Positions 8,977-16,721 of a DNA stretch of 30,952 bases are shown here, in pieces. Source of the stretch: Candidatus Micrarchaeota archaeon (GTDB lineage Archaea; Aenigmatarchaeota; Aenigmatarchaeia; Aenigmatarchaeales; JAADFI01); assembly GCA_013152905.1 (NCBI GenBank), contig JAADFI010000013.1, forward strand, positions 1-30,952, given 5' to 3'. Each line of letters starts with the position of its first letter. The first letter of the stretch is position 1. The notes under the pieces were generated by a model that saw only the letters and a program-made list of their open reading frames with translations, was not told where the DNA came from and searched no databases. Both the position numbers and the translations under genes were made by a program.

Positions 8977-9267
8977 TTAAGTTTCGAGGTGCTTCTTTCT
9001 TTTCGTTTTACCCTTCCTCACGATTCCGTGGAACCTCGCACACGACGGACACGCGTAGAGCTTCTGCCTGAAAATATGAATATTTCTTCTGTCTATTTGC
9101 TGAAGTATGGTTTTGTCCGTTATTCTGAAACCGCGAGTGACCGGGAATGTCTTGTATCTCGGGACACGACGTCCGCAGAAACCGCAGCTGACCGTGGATT
9201 CCCGGCCTCTTGTTTTGGTATGCTGGTATTTTCTCGTGTAAGGAGCTTCGCTTACGGGCAACAACAT
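8977..9267 (-). CDS. rps26e: 30S ribosomal protein eS26 (S26e)
   Basis: Last 96 aa of ORF 8977..9771: RGRESTVSCGFCGRRVPRYK...LYACPSCARFHGIVR, the eS26 pattern with two CxxC. SD GAGGTGA at 9273-9267; the true start may be TTG at 9261. Confidence 0.85.
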   Translation of the reverse strand: MLLPVSEAPYTRKYQHTKTRGRESTVSCGFCGRRVPRYKTFPVTRGFRITDKTILQQIDRRNIHIFRQKLYACPSCARFHGIVRKGKTKRKKHLET

Positions 9268-9295
9268 CACCTCACATGAACTTTGAATTCGTGAA

Positions 9296-9304
9296 TTTTT
9301 AAAT
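9296..9304. promoter_or_regulatory. Candidate shared TATA element for divergent eS26 and pelota
   Basis: TTTTTAAAT ends 23 nt before the pelota ATG. It is the clearest TATA-like tract in the 60-bp gap. Confidence 0.45.
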
Positions 9305-9327
9305 CTTTTGGAAGCCAAGGCTTTAAC

Positions 9328-10293
9328 ATGAAATTCAAGGTCGTTAAGGACGGTATTTTCGTTAAACCGGAGTGTGCCGAGGATGTTTACGTTATATCGA
9401 AACTCGTGTCGCCGGGTATACCGGTCAGGGGAAGAACCTTCAGAAAACTCGAGATAAAGAGAGGGGACAGCATAATAAAGACCGAGAAAAAGCCGGTCGT
9501 CCTTGAGATTCTGACGGAAAAAACCGAATTCAGAGACGGGCGGCTCAGAATAACGGGAAAAATAGTTTCGGAAAAGGAAAACATAAGAATGTCTTATCAC
9601 ACTATAGAAGTAAAGGAAGGGAACGAGATTTTCATCCGTAAAAAACCCGAAAAATGGGAAATCGAAAGGCTCGAATCGAGCAGGAAAGTTGAAAAGGTTC
9701 TCGTGTGCATACTCGATGAAACGGAAGCGGATATCTACGAAATCGGTAACACGCAGAAACACCTGGCCCATTACACATCCGGCAGATCGAAAAAATCGGA
9801 TTCCTCGTTAAAACCGGATTTTTTCGGCGAAGTTATCAAAAAACTTAAGAGCTGGAAAGGAAAAATCATCATCGCCGGTCCCGGTTTCGCCAAGGAGGAA
9901 CTCGCCGGGGAACTCGGAGGAAACGTTTTCGTGGACTCGGTCAGCCACACGGGAAAACCCGGTCTCAACGAGCTTCTCCGCAGGGGCACGATCGAAAAGG
10001 TTTTGAAGCAATCGAGAATGACCGAAGAAACGAAAGCGGTTGAAAGACTTCTCGAGGAAATTGCAAAAGACGGACCCGTTGTATACGGTCCGGAAGAAAC
10101 CAGGAAAGCCGTTCAATCCGGGGCGGTCGATGTTCTTCTCGTTTCCGAGAAAAAGGTCCCTGAGTTCGAGGATGTTATGGAACTCGCTGAAAAAACTGGA
10201 GCAAGGGTTTTTGTGGTTTCGACCGAACACGAAGCCGGGGAAAAATTCCTGCATCTTTCCGGCATAGGGGCGTTTCTCAGATTCAGGATATGA
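9328..10293 (+). CDS. pelA: mRNA surveillance / ribosome rescue protein Pelota (Dom34)
   Basis: PECAEDVY, RGRTFRK, LRITGKI, YHTIEV, AGPGFAKE, GLNELLRRG, YGPEE, GAVDVLLVS, VSTEHEAGEKF, GIGAFLRF. Confidence 0.93.
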   Translation: MKFKVVKDGIFVKPECAEDVYVISKLVSPGIPVRGRTFRKLEIKRGDSIIKTEKKPVVLEILTEKTEFRDGRLRITGKIVSEKENIRMSYHTIEVKEGNEIFIRKKPEKWEIERLESSRKVEKVLVCILDETEADIYEIGNTQKHLAHYTSGRSKKSDSSLKPDFFGEVIKKLKSWKGKIIIAGPGFAKEELAGELGGNVFVDSVSHTGKPGLNELLRRGTIEKVLKQSRMTEETKAVERLLEEIAKDGPVVYGPEETRKAVQSGAVDVLLVSEKKVPEFEDVMELAEKTGARVFVVSTEHEAGEKFLHLSGIGAFLRFRI

Positions 10294-10451
10294 TTTAGCC
10301 GTCCACTCCGTTCGGCGAGAAGGTACAAAGCTTCCCCTGTGCTTAATGAATTCCTCAAGACGGGCTTCCCATCTTCTTACAGTGAGCACGACGGACTCGA
10401 AACCGCTTTTTCCTGTACTAGAAAACCGAGTTCGTCCCGCCTGTTCACTAA

Positions 10452-10946
10452 CTATAAATCTTTCCTGATCTTCTCCTTTAAAACTTCCTTTATCTTCGGT
10501 ATTTCAACTCCGAAGTATTCCTCGAACTCTTTCGTCGGCACCAGAGCCTTGGTTCTGCCGTGTTTGACCGCGCGGATCAGACCTCTTGCCTCAAGCTCCC
10601 TGACGTATTCGTAAGTCCTGTTACCGATGATCTTCACTATTTCCGACTGGGTGACCGGCTGTTTGTACGCAACTATGGAAAGCACCCTCAAAAGCCCCTT
10701 CCCGAGGTCCTGGTAAGGCGTGAGATGCCTCACCTTAGGAAGAATATCCGGTTTGACCTTCAGCTGATAGCCCGCAGGAGTTTTAAACAAAAAGATTCCT
10801 CTTTCCTCATCCTCCAGCTCCTGAGCCATCTCGGAAAGAATTTTCTCGAGTCGCGAAGGGTCCACGCCGAGCTTTTCGAAATCCTCTGGGGTAAGCGGTC
10901 TGGATGAGAGGAACAGGGCGGCTTCAACAAGGGCTTTTTCGTTCAT
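10452..10946 (-). CDS. scpB: SMC-Scp complex subunit ScpB
   Basis: ALVEAALF.S..PL, AGYQL, LSIVAYKQPVTQSEI..IIG, LEARGLI, TKEFEEYFG. Confidence 0.92.
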   Translation of the reverse strand: MNEKALVEAALFLSSRPLTPEDFEKLGVDPSRLEKILSEMAQELEDEERGIFLFKTPAGYQLKVKPDILPKVRHLTPYQDLGKGLLRVLSIVAYKQPVTQSEIVKIIGNRTYEYVRELEARGLIRAVKHGRTKALVPTKEFEEYFGVEIPKIKEVLKEKIRKDL

Positions 10947-10969
10947 AGTGAGAAATTCCGTTCTTCTTG

Positions 10970-10977
10970 TTTAAATT
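10970..10977. promoter_or_regulatory. Candidate bidirectional TATA for divergent scpB and rqc2
   Basis: TTTAAATT lies 23 nt from each divergent ATG (10946 and 11001). Confidence 0.5.
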
Positions 10978-11000
10978 TTTATTCCTTCAAAATAATTGTT

Positions 11001-12899
11001 ATGAAAGAAATGAGCGCTCTCGATATACTTTTTGCATTAAAAGAAATAAAACTTCTCGAGGGCGGTAGAGTGGATAAAATATACCGTTCCGGGAAGGAAC
11101 TTTTAATAAGAATCTACGTCCCGGGAAAAGGAACCTTTGACCTGCTTTTTGCACCCGGGAGGATTCATATCACCGAGTACAAACGATCGTTCGGCGAGCC
11201 GGATGCTTTCTGCATGCTTCTCAGAAAATACCTGATGGGAAAGAGAATAACGTCGATCTCGCAGAAGGATTTCGACAGAATAGTTGAAATCTCGTTTAAC
11301 ACCGGCTACCGTCTCGTACTCGAGATTTTCTCGAAAGGGAACGTGATTCTGGTTGATCCCGAGGGAAAGGTCGTAATGCCGATGGAGGTTCAGATATGGA
11401 AGGACAGGCAGATACTCCCGAAAAGAGACTACGTGTATCCGCCGCCCGTGTTGAATCCCTTTGTACTTTCACCGGACGATATTCTAGCCGCGGCTAGAAA
11501 TTCCGAAAAAAGCTTGGGTTCGTTTCTCGCCTCCGAGCTCTCGCTCTCCGGAAAGTATTCGGAAGAAATATGCTTCCGGCTCGGACTCGATCCCGGGAAA
11601 AAGGCATCGGAAATAACTCCCGGGGAAGCCGAAAGAATCGTCGAGACGCTGAGGTCGTTTCTCAACGAGTTCTCACCGAGACTTTACACAAACGGCGAAC
11701 CGGAATTCTCACCGTTCGAACTCAAATCCATGGAAGGAAGAAAGTTCGTCACGGCCAGTAGCTTCAACAGAATACTCGATGAGCTCTTTTCAAAACCCGA
11801 GCCACAGGAAGACCCGGAGCTCAAAAAACTGGAAAAAATAAAAGAGGAACAGGCGGAAGCGATAAAAAGACTGAGGGAAGAGGAAAAAAAGATGAGAAAG
11901 TCGGCTGAAGCGATCTACTCGAACTTTCATCTCGTTGAAAGCATATTCTCGGGTCTCAAGCGTGCACGTGACTCAGGGCTGAGCTGGAATGAGATAAAAA
12001 GAAGAATAGAAGTCGAGGACACCCCGGAAACGGCGGCGATAAAAAGTATAAACGAGTCGAACGGCACGATAGTTCTCGAGCTTTCCGGCACAGAGGTTAC
12101 TCTGGACTTCAGGTTAACACCTCAGGAAAACGCGGAAATTTACTTTGAAAAAGCCAAAAAACTCAAAAAGAAACTTGAAAACGCGCTCTCTGAAAGAAGA
12201 AAACTCCTCTATCGCCTGAGAAAACTGAAGAAACCGCAGGAAAAAAAGGTCATCCCGAAGAGGAAAAAACCGAAAAAATGGTACGAAAAGTTCAGGTGGT
12301 TTATTACGAGCGACGGGTTCCTCGTGGTTGCCGGAAGGGACGCCACACAGAACGAAGTGCTCATAAAAAAATACACCGAGCCGAACGACATAGTCCTTCA
12401 CGCCGACATCCACGGAGCACCGTTCGTGGTGATAAAATCCGAAGGCAAGGAAATAACCCCGGTTGCGGTGAGGGAAGCAGGAGAATTTGCCGCGGCATAC
12501 TCTTCCGCATGGAAGAGAAAAATGGGCGTGGAGGTCTACTGGATAAGACCCGAACAGGTGTCGAAAACACCGCCGGCGGGTGAGTATCTCCCGAAGGGTG
12601 CATTCATGATAAGGGGAAGGAAGAATTATCTCAAAAAAATGGAACCGAAGATCTCGATAGGCGTTTCGCTCGGGGACGAAGCCAAACCCATCTGTGGCCC
12701 GGTACAGGCGGTGAGGAAGCACGCAAAGTACTTCGTCACCGTGGTTCCCGGTAACATGAAACAGAGCGATGTAGCGAAAACCGTGAAAATAAAAATACTT
12801 CAGAAATCGTTACCCGAAGATAAAAAACTCATAGAAGAGATAGACCTCAGCGAGTTTCAGCGGCTGATACCACCGGGCGAAGGCGACGTCATAGGTTAA
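11001..12899 (+). CDS. rqcH: Rqc2/RqcH/NEMF (NFACT-family) ribosome quality-control protein
   Basis: NFACT-N with FCMLLRKYL and FDRIV (DR motif), LVLEIFSKGN.ILVD, coiled coils, and NFACT-R WYEKFRWF..SDGFLVVAGRDATQNE, HADIHGAP, GEYLPKGAF.IRG..NY. Confidence 0.93.
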   Translation: MKEMSALDILFALKEIKLLEGGRVDKIYRSGKELLIRIYVPGKGTFDLLFAPGRIHITEYKRSFGEPDAFCMLLRKYLMGKRITSISQKDFDRIVEISFNTGYRLVLEIFSKGNVILVDPEGKVVMPMEVQIWKDRQILPKRDYVYPPPVLNPFVLSPDDILAAARNSEKSLGSFLASELSLSGKYSEEICFRLGLDPGKKASEITPGEAERIVETLRSFLNEFSPRLYTNGEPEFSPFELKSMEGRKFVTASSFNRILDELFSKPEPQEDPELKKLEKIKEEQAEAIKRLREEEKKMRKSAEAIYSNFHLVESIFSGLKRARDSGLSWNEIKRRIEVEDTPETAAIKSINESNGTIVLELSGTEVTLDFRLTPQENAEIYFEKAKKLKKKLENALSERRKLLYRLRKLKKPQEKKVIPKRKKPKKWYEKFRWFITSDGFLVVAGRDATQNEVLIKKYTEPNDIVLHADIHGAPFVVIKSEGKEITPVAVREAGEFAAAYSSAWKRKMGVEVYWIRPEQVSKTPPAGEYLPKGAFMIRGRKNYLKKMEPKISIGVSLGDEAKPICGPVQAVRKHAKYFVTVVPGNMKQSDVAKTVKIKILQKSLPEDKKLIEEIDLSEFQRLIPPGEGDVIG

Positions 12900-13437
12900 G
12901 AACGTTACTTATATCCTCCGTCACCTCCTGAATGCTTTTTTCACCGTTTATCACAACCCACCTGGAAAAAACGTTGTTTTTGGCAAGATACAGAAATCTT
13001 TCCCTGATAACCCTGAGATTTTCTGCGGTTTCGAAGATGTGTTTTTCATCCCTTCCTGAAATTCTGGATATGGCTGTTTCCGGTGCGACATCTATCAAAA
13101 CAATGAGATCCGGCTTCGGGATTCCTATCAGCTCAGCTGCACGCAGGCATTTCTCCACGTCCGCGCAGTTGTACGCGAGGGTCGAACTGAAATATCTGTT
13201 CGCCAGTATTTTCTTAGAAAAATCCAGCCTCGAGGTCACCTCCTTCATGTTCAGAAGATTCAGGTACACCATCATCTCCGGGCTGTAGGGTATTCTTCCT
13301 TCAAGAATGTACTTTATCGCCACACCGGACGGCGTTCTGTACTCCGGAAATCTTACGTAGATATCGAACTTCCCTTTGAAAATCTCCACCTGGGTGTCCT
13401 TTCCCGAGCCGTCAATTCCTTCGAACACAACGAACAT
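12889..13437 (-). CDS. tmk: Thymidylate kinase
   Basis: FVVFEGIDGSGKDTQ P-loop, NRYFSSTLAY, IPKPDL.VLIDV.PE.A..RI, VVINGEKSIQEV. Confidence 0.85.
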   Translation of the reverse strand: MFVVFEGIDGSGKDTQVEIFKGKFDIYVRFPEYRTPSGVAIKYILEGRIPYSPEMMVYLNLLNMKEVTSRLDFSKKILANRYFSSTLAYNCADVEKCLRAAELIGIPKPDLIVLIDVAPETAISRISGRDEKHIFETAENLRVIRERFLYLAKNNVFSRWVVINGEKSIQEVTEDISNVLNL

Positions 13438-13475
13438 TAAAAAATTTTATATTTTGAAACTTAAATTTATAACCC

Positions 13476-14975
13476 ATGAAAAAATTTTTCATCACGACAA
13501 GCATACCCTACATCAATAACATACCCCATGTGGGTTTCGCCCTTGAAGCGGTCATAGCCGATGTACTTGCAAGGTGGCACAGAATTCGCGGTTACGATGT
13601 TTTTTTCCTCACAGGCACGGACGAACACGGTCTGAAGATCCAGAAAACCGCGGCCGAAAACGGTCTCGAACCGAAAAAATTCGCCGATAAAATGAGTGCG
13701 GTTTTCAGAAACCTTGCCGAAGAGCTGAACCTTTCCTTCAACGAATTTATAAGAACATCGTCCAGAAAACACGAAAAGGCTGTAAAAGAAATGTGGCGGA
13801 GACTCGTGAACTCCGGGGATATCTACAAGAAAAAGTACAGAGGTGTTTACTGCGTTGGTTGTGAAGAGTTCAAGTCCGAAAGAGAACTGGTGAACGGCGG
13901 CTGCCCCTCGCACGGCAGGGAGAAACTGGAAGTGATCGAGGAGGAGAATTATTTTTTCAAACTTTCAAAATATCAGAGCGTCCTCGAGAAGATCATCGAA
14001 TCGGGTGAAATGGAAATAATCCCGGAAAAGAGAAAAAAAGAGGTGCTGGCTTTTCTGAAAAAGGGTCTTGAAGACGTGAGCTTTTCTAGAGAGGCCTCAA
14101 AGGTCAGCTGGGGTATACCTGTTCCCGGTGACCCAGATCAGGTAATTTACGTGTGGTGCGATGCACTCACGAACTATCTTTCCGGAATAGGTTTTCCAGA
14201 CGAAACGGAAAAGTTCGAAAAGTACTGGCCGGCGGATGTTCACGTGATAGGCAAGGATATATACAGGTTCCACTGTCTTATATGGCCTGCCATACTTCTT
14301 TCAGCGAGACTTCCGCTTCCGAAAAAAATAGTCATACACGGTTTTGTCACATCGGGCGGAAAGAAAATGTCCAAGAGCCTTGGAAATTTCAAGGACGCTT
14401 TGGATCAAATAAAAAAGTTCGGAACCGACAGGGTAAGGTATTATCTTTTAAGAGAAATACCGACTCTCGAAGACGGCGATTACACCGAAGAAGCCCTGAT
14501 AAAAACATGCAATGCCGAACTGTCCAACGGCCTGGGAAACCTTGCAACGAGGTGCACGGCTTTATGCGAGAAGTTCTTTTCATCCCGCGTCCCTGAAAGA
14601 AGGATAGATCGCTTCCTTTCTGAAATTTCAGCCCTGACCGTTAAAAGAGTTTCGGAGGAGATCGAGAGATTCAGGCTGCACATGGCGCTGAACGAGATTT
14701 TCAGATTCATCTCCAAGCTCAACTCATACATAAATGAAACGCAACCGTGGAAACTCAGGGATAGCTTCAGGCTCACGGAAACGGTTTACAGTCTTCTCGA
14801 ATGTTTGAGAATACTTTCCGTCCTGCTCTATCCGTTCATTCCTTCGGCTGCCGAAAAGATTCTCGACTCCATCGGCGCGGATGAAAAAAGATTTTCCCTT
14901 GAATTCGGTACCCTTAAACCTGGTATGCCTGTGAAAAAAATACTTCTCTTTCCTAAACTATCCGAACGTCGGTGA
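13476..14975 (+). CDS. metG: Methionine--tRNA ligase, short bacterial MetRS1-like form
   Basis: ITTSIPY, HVGF (HIGH), LTGTDEHGLKI, FIRT, YCVGCE..CPSH, WGIPVP, YVWCDALTNY, IGKDI, KMSKSLGN, NGLGNL, YINETQPWKL. No C-terminal OB domain. Confidence 0.95.
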   Translation: MKKFFITTSIPYINNIPHVGFALEAVIADVLARWHRIRGYDVFFLTGTDEHGLKIQKTAAENGLEPKKFADKMSAVFRNLAEELNLSFNEFIRTSSRKHEKAVKEMWRRLVNSGDIYKKKYRGVYCVGCEEFKSERELVNGGCPSHGREKLEVIEEENYFFKLSKYQSVLEKIIESGEMEIIPEKRKKEVLAFLKKGLEDVSFSREASKVSWGIPVPGDPDQVIYVWCDALTNYLSGIGFPDETEKFEKYWPADVHVIGKDIYRFHCLIWPAILLSARLPLPKKIVIHGFVTSGGKKMSKSLGNFKDALDQIKKFGTDRVRYYLLREIPTLEDGDYTEEALIKTCNAELSNGLGNLATRCTALCEKFFSSRVPERRIDRFLSEISALTVKRVSEEIERFRLHMALNEIFRFISKLNSYINETQPWKLRDSFRLTETVYSLLECLRILSVLLYPFIPSAAEKILDSIGADEKRFSLEFGTLKPGMPVKKILLFPKLSERR

Positions 14976-15354
14976 TTCCAGAATTTCTCTTCAGGATCTC
15001 CCTTATAGCCTTTATATTCGAACCGTTCTTTCCTATTATGCTTCCCCTATCCTTCGGACTGACGTAAACTGAGACGGTGTTTTTCTTTATCTCGATTTTC
15101 TTTGCAGCCGGAAACAGATTTTTGAGAAATTCCTCGACAGCCTCCGAATACTCGAAAACCTTTATTTTTTTACCGAGCATTTTTTCAGCGATTTTTATTA
15201 TGGTTCCGTTTTTGCCTATGGCTTTCGGCATGTGACCGGGTGAAAGGAGGAAGTAAAGTCTTTCAGGAGTTATTATACAGTCCCTTACCTCGGCATTGGT
15301 GATGTTCTCGAAAGCCGTTATGATTCTGAGCGTCTCGGTGTCGAACTGTCTCAT
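14953..15354 (-). CDS. nusA: Archaeal transcription elongation factor NusA (KH domains)
   Basis: VRDCII, AIGKNG..IK, IKVFEYS..VEEFLKNLF, IIGKNGSNIK; expected position after L30e. Confidence 0.9.
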   Translation of the reverse strand: MRQFDTETLRIITAFENITNAEVRDCIITPERLYFLLSPGHMPKAIGKNGTIIKIAEKMLGKKIKVFEYSEAVEEFLKNLFPAAKKIEIKKNTVSVYVSPKDRGSIIGKNGSNIKAIREILKRNSGITDVRIV

Positions 15355-15614
15355 GGTTTCTCACGCCGGATTCCGATGCTTGCCACTGAAAACGGTTTTC
15401 CGCAGAAGGTTCCGAGATTTTTTCCGGTTCCGGGAAACTCCTCGATTTCAACACCCGAAAGTTTTGCGTATCTTTTTATATCCTCGGAGTACGGGCAGTT
15501 CACCGCAACTATCACGGCTTCCAATCTTCCGTTTTTCAGCTCCCTGAGCACGCTTTTTTTACCGAGTATCACCCTTCCTTCCTCGATAGCTTTTTTCAGC
15601 CTCTTCTCGTTCAT
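15351..15614 (-). CDS. rpl30e: 50S ribosomal protein L30e
   Basis: G.VILG.K, VIVAVNCP, I.RYAKLS, FPGTG..LG..CGKPFSVA; expected operon position. Confidence 0.93.
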   Translation of the reverse strand: MNEKRLKKAIEEGRVILGKKSVLRELKNGRLEAVIVAVNCPYSEDIKRYAKLSGVEIEEFPGTGKNLGTFCGKPFSVASIGIRREKP

Positions 15615-16717
15615 TTCTTACCCCTCGGAGGTTTAAAGATCAGTTCGAACATCCCTGTTCCGATCGGAACAACCTGGTTTATCATTACGTTTTCAACTAT
15701 GCTTTCGAGTCTGTCGACCTCTCCGGAAACAGCAGCCTGCGTGAGATGTTTTATGGTTTCTTCGAAGTTGGCCCTGGCAAGAACGGAACCCTTGGCACCG
15801 GCAACACCGTATCTTCCTATGGGTTTGACCACTCCGTCTACCGTCATCGTATCGGCAACGAGGAGAAGATGTCTTATATCCACATCAAGGCCCTGCTCTT
15901 CGAGAGTTTTCGAAGCTTCCTGCACGATGAGGCTCCTTGCAGCCTCGATTCCCAGGACCTTCGCAACCTCGTGAATATCGTTCGAAACCGTTCTCGTCGG
16001 GTCGACACCCTCAATCTCCATCACCTTTGAAAGATTCGAGCCAAGCGTATTTATAACCCATTCGCCGTCTTTCTTTGAAACCACGGCCTGTTTAACTCCT
16101 TTTATTCCGCGTACAACCGTTGAAAGAACCTTGGTCTTTACCCTTTGAAGCTCCGAGAGTTCGTCGGTTTCAACAGATACGCTCAGTTTCTTTTCACTCG
16201 CCCTGACCGAAAGTTTACCTTCCTTGAGAATCTTGGCCAGGTCTTTCGATGTAAGCCCGGCTTCGGATAGCTTTTCAGGATCAAGTATGATTTCTATCTT
16301 TCCGTTAAGCACATCTACCTGAACTTCCGAGGTCAGATCCTCTATTCTCGTTTCCCTTATCAGGGAAACTATCTTTTTCGCTCCTTCAGGGTTGTTGTAT
16401 TCCTTTTTGAGATATATCGTCATCGTCGGTGTGCTGGGTGTTCTTCTCGCATCGAAAATTTCCATGAGTCTCGGAAGACCCAAGGTGACCTGAATCTGCG
16501 CAGCACCTGCTGCGTGATACGTCCTCATGGTCATCTGCGTAGCTGGCTCGGATATACTCTGAGCTGCCACAACCCCTATAGCTTCACCGGGTTCAAACAT
16601 GGATTTTCTATAAACTTCCTTCACCCTTTCGTATACTTTTTTCTTCTGCGATTCCGTTAGCTTCATTTCCCTGCAAACGGCTTCCACTTCCTTTTTTATA
16701 CTTTCCGGCAGCTCCAT
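15611..16717 (-). CDS. rpoA2: DNA-directed RNA polymerase subunit A''
   Basis: PGEAIGVVAAQSISEPATQMTMRTYH trigger loop, VTLGLPRL.EI, TPSTP.M, LGIEAAR, VDIRHLLLVAD, RANFE, IGTG. Confidence 0.96.
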   Translation of the reverse strand: MELPESIKKEVEAVCREMKLTESQKKKVYERVKEVYRKSMFEPGEAIGVVAAQSISEPATQMTMRTYHAAGAAQIQVTLGLPRLMEIFDARRTPSTPTMTIYLKKEYNNPEGAKKIVSLIRETRIEDLTSEVQVDVLNGKIEIILDPEKLSEAGLTSKDLAKILKEGKLSVRASEKKLSVSVETDELSELQRVKTKVLSTVVRGIKGVKQAVVSKKDGEWVINTLGSNLSKVMEIEGVDPTRTVSNDIHEVAKVLGIEAARSLIVQEASKTLEEQGLDVDIRHLLLVADTMTVDGVVKPIGRYGVAGAKGSVLARANFEETIKHLTQAAVSGEVDRLESIVENVMINQVVPIGTGMFELIFKPPRGKK

Positions 16718-16721
16718 ATTT

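Noticed and set aside
9268-9771. 264-aa ORF implying a fusion to eS26
   Set aside because: The upstream part is antisense to pelota; eS26 has its own SD at 9273-9267.
10294-10410. Fragments resembling the SRP RNA Alu domain (GTTCGGCG, CCCCTGT, CGAAACCGC) or RNase P CR-I (GAGGAATTC)
   Set aside because: Spacing is wrong, the region is too short, and neither the SRP helix-8 motif nor a P4 partner strand is present.
10382-10448. tRNA-like look on the minus strand (GGTTTCGAGTCC, near-acceptor stem GTGAACA/TGCTCAC)
   Set aside because: No D arm, an 8-nt T loop, no U33 in the would-be anticodon loop and a mismatched acceptor stem; pairing is better on the + strand.
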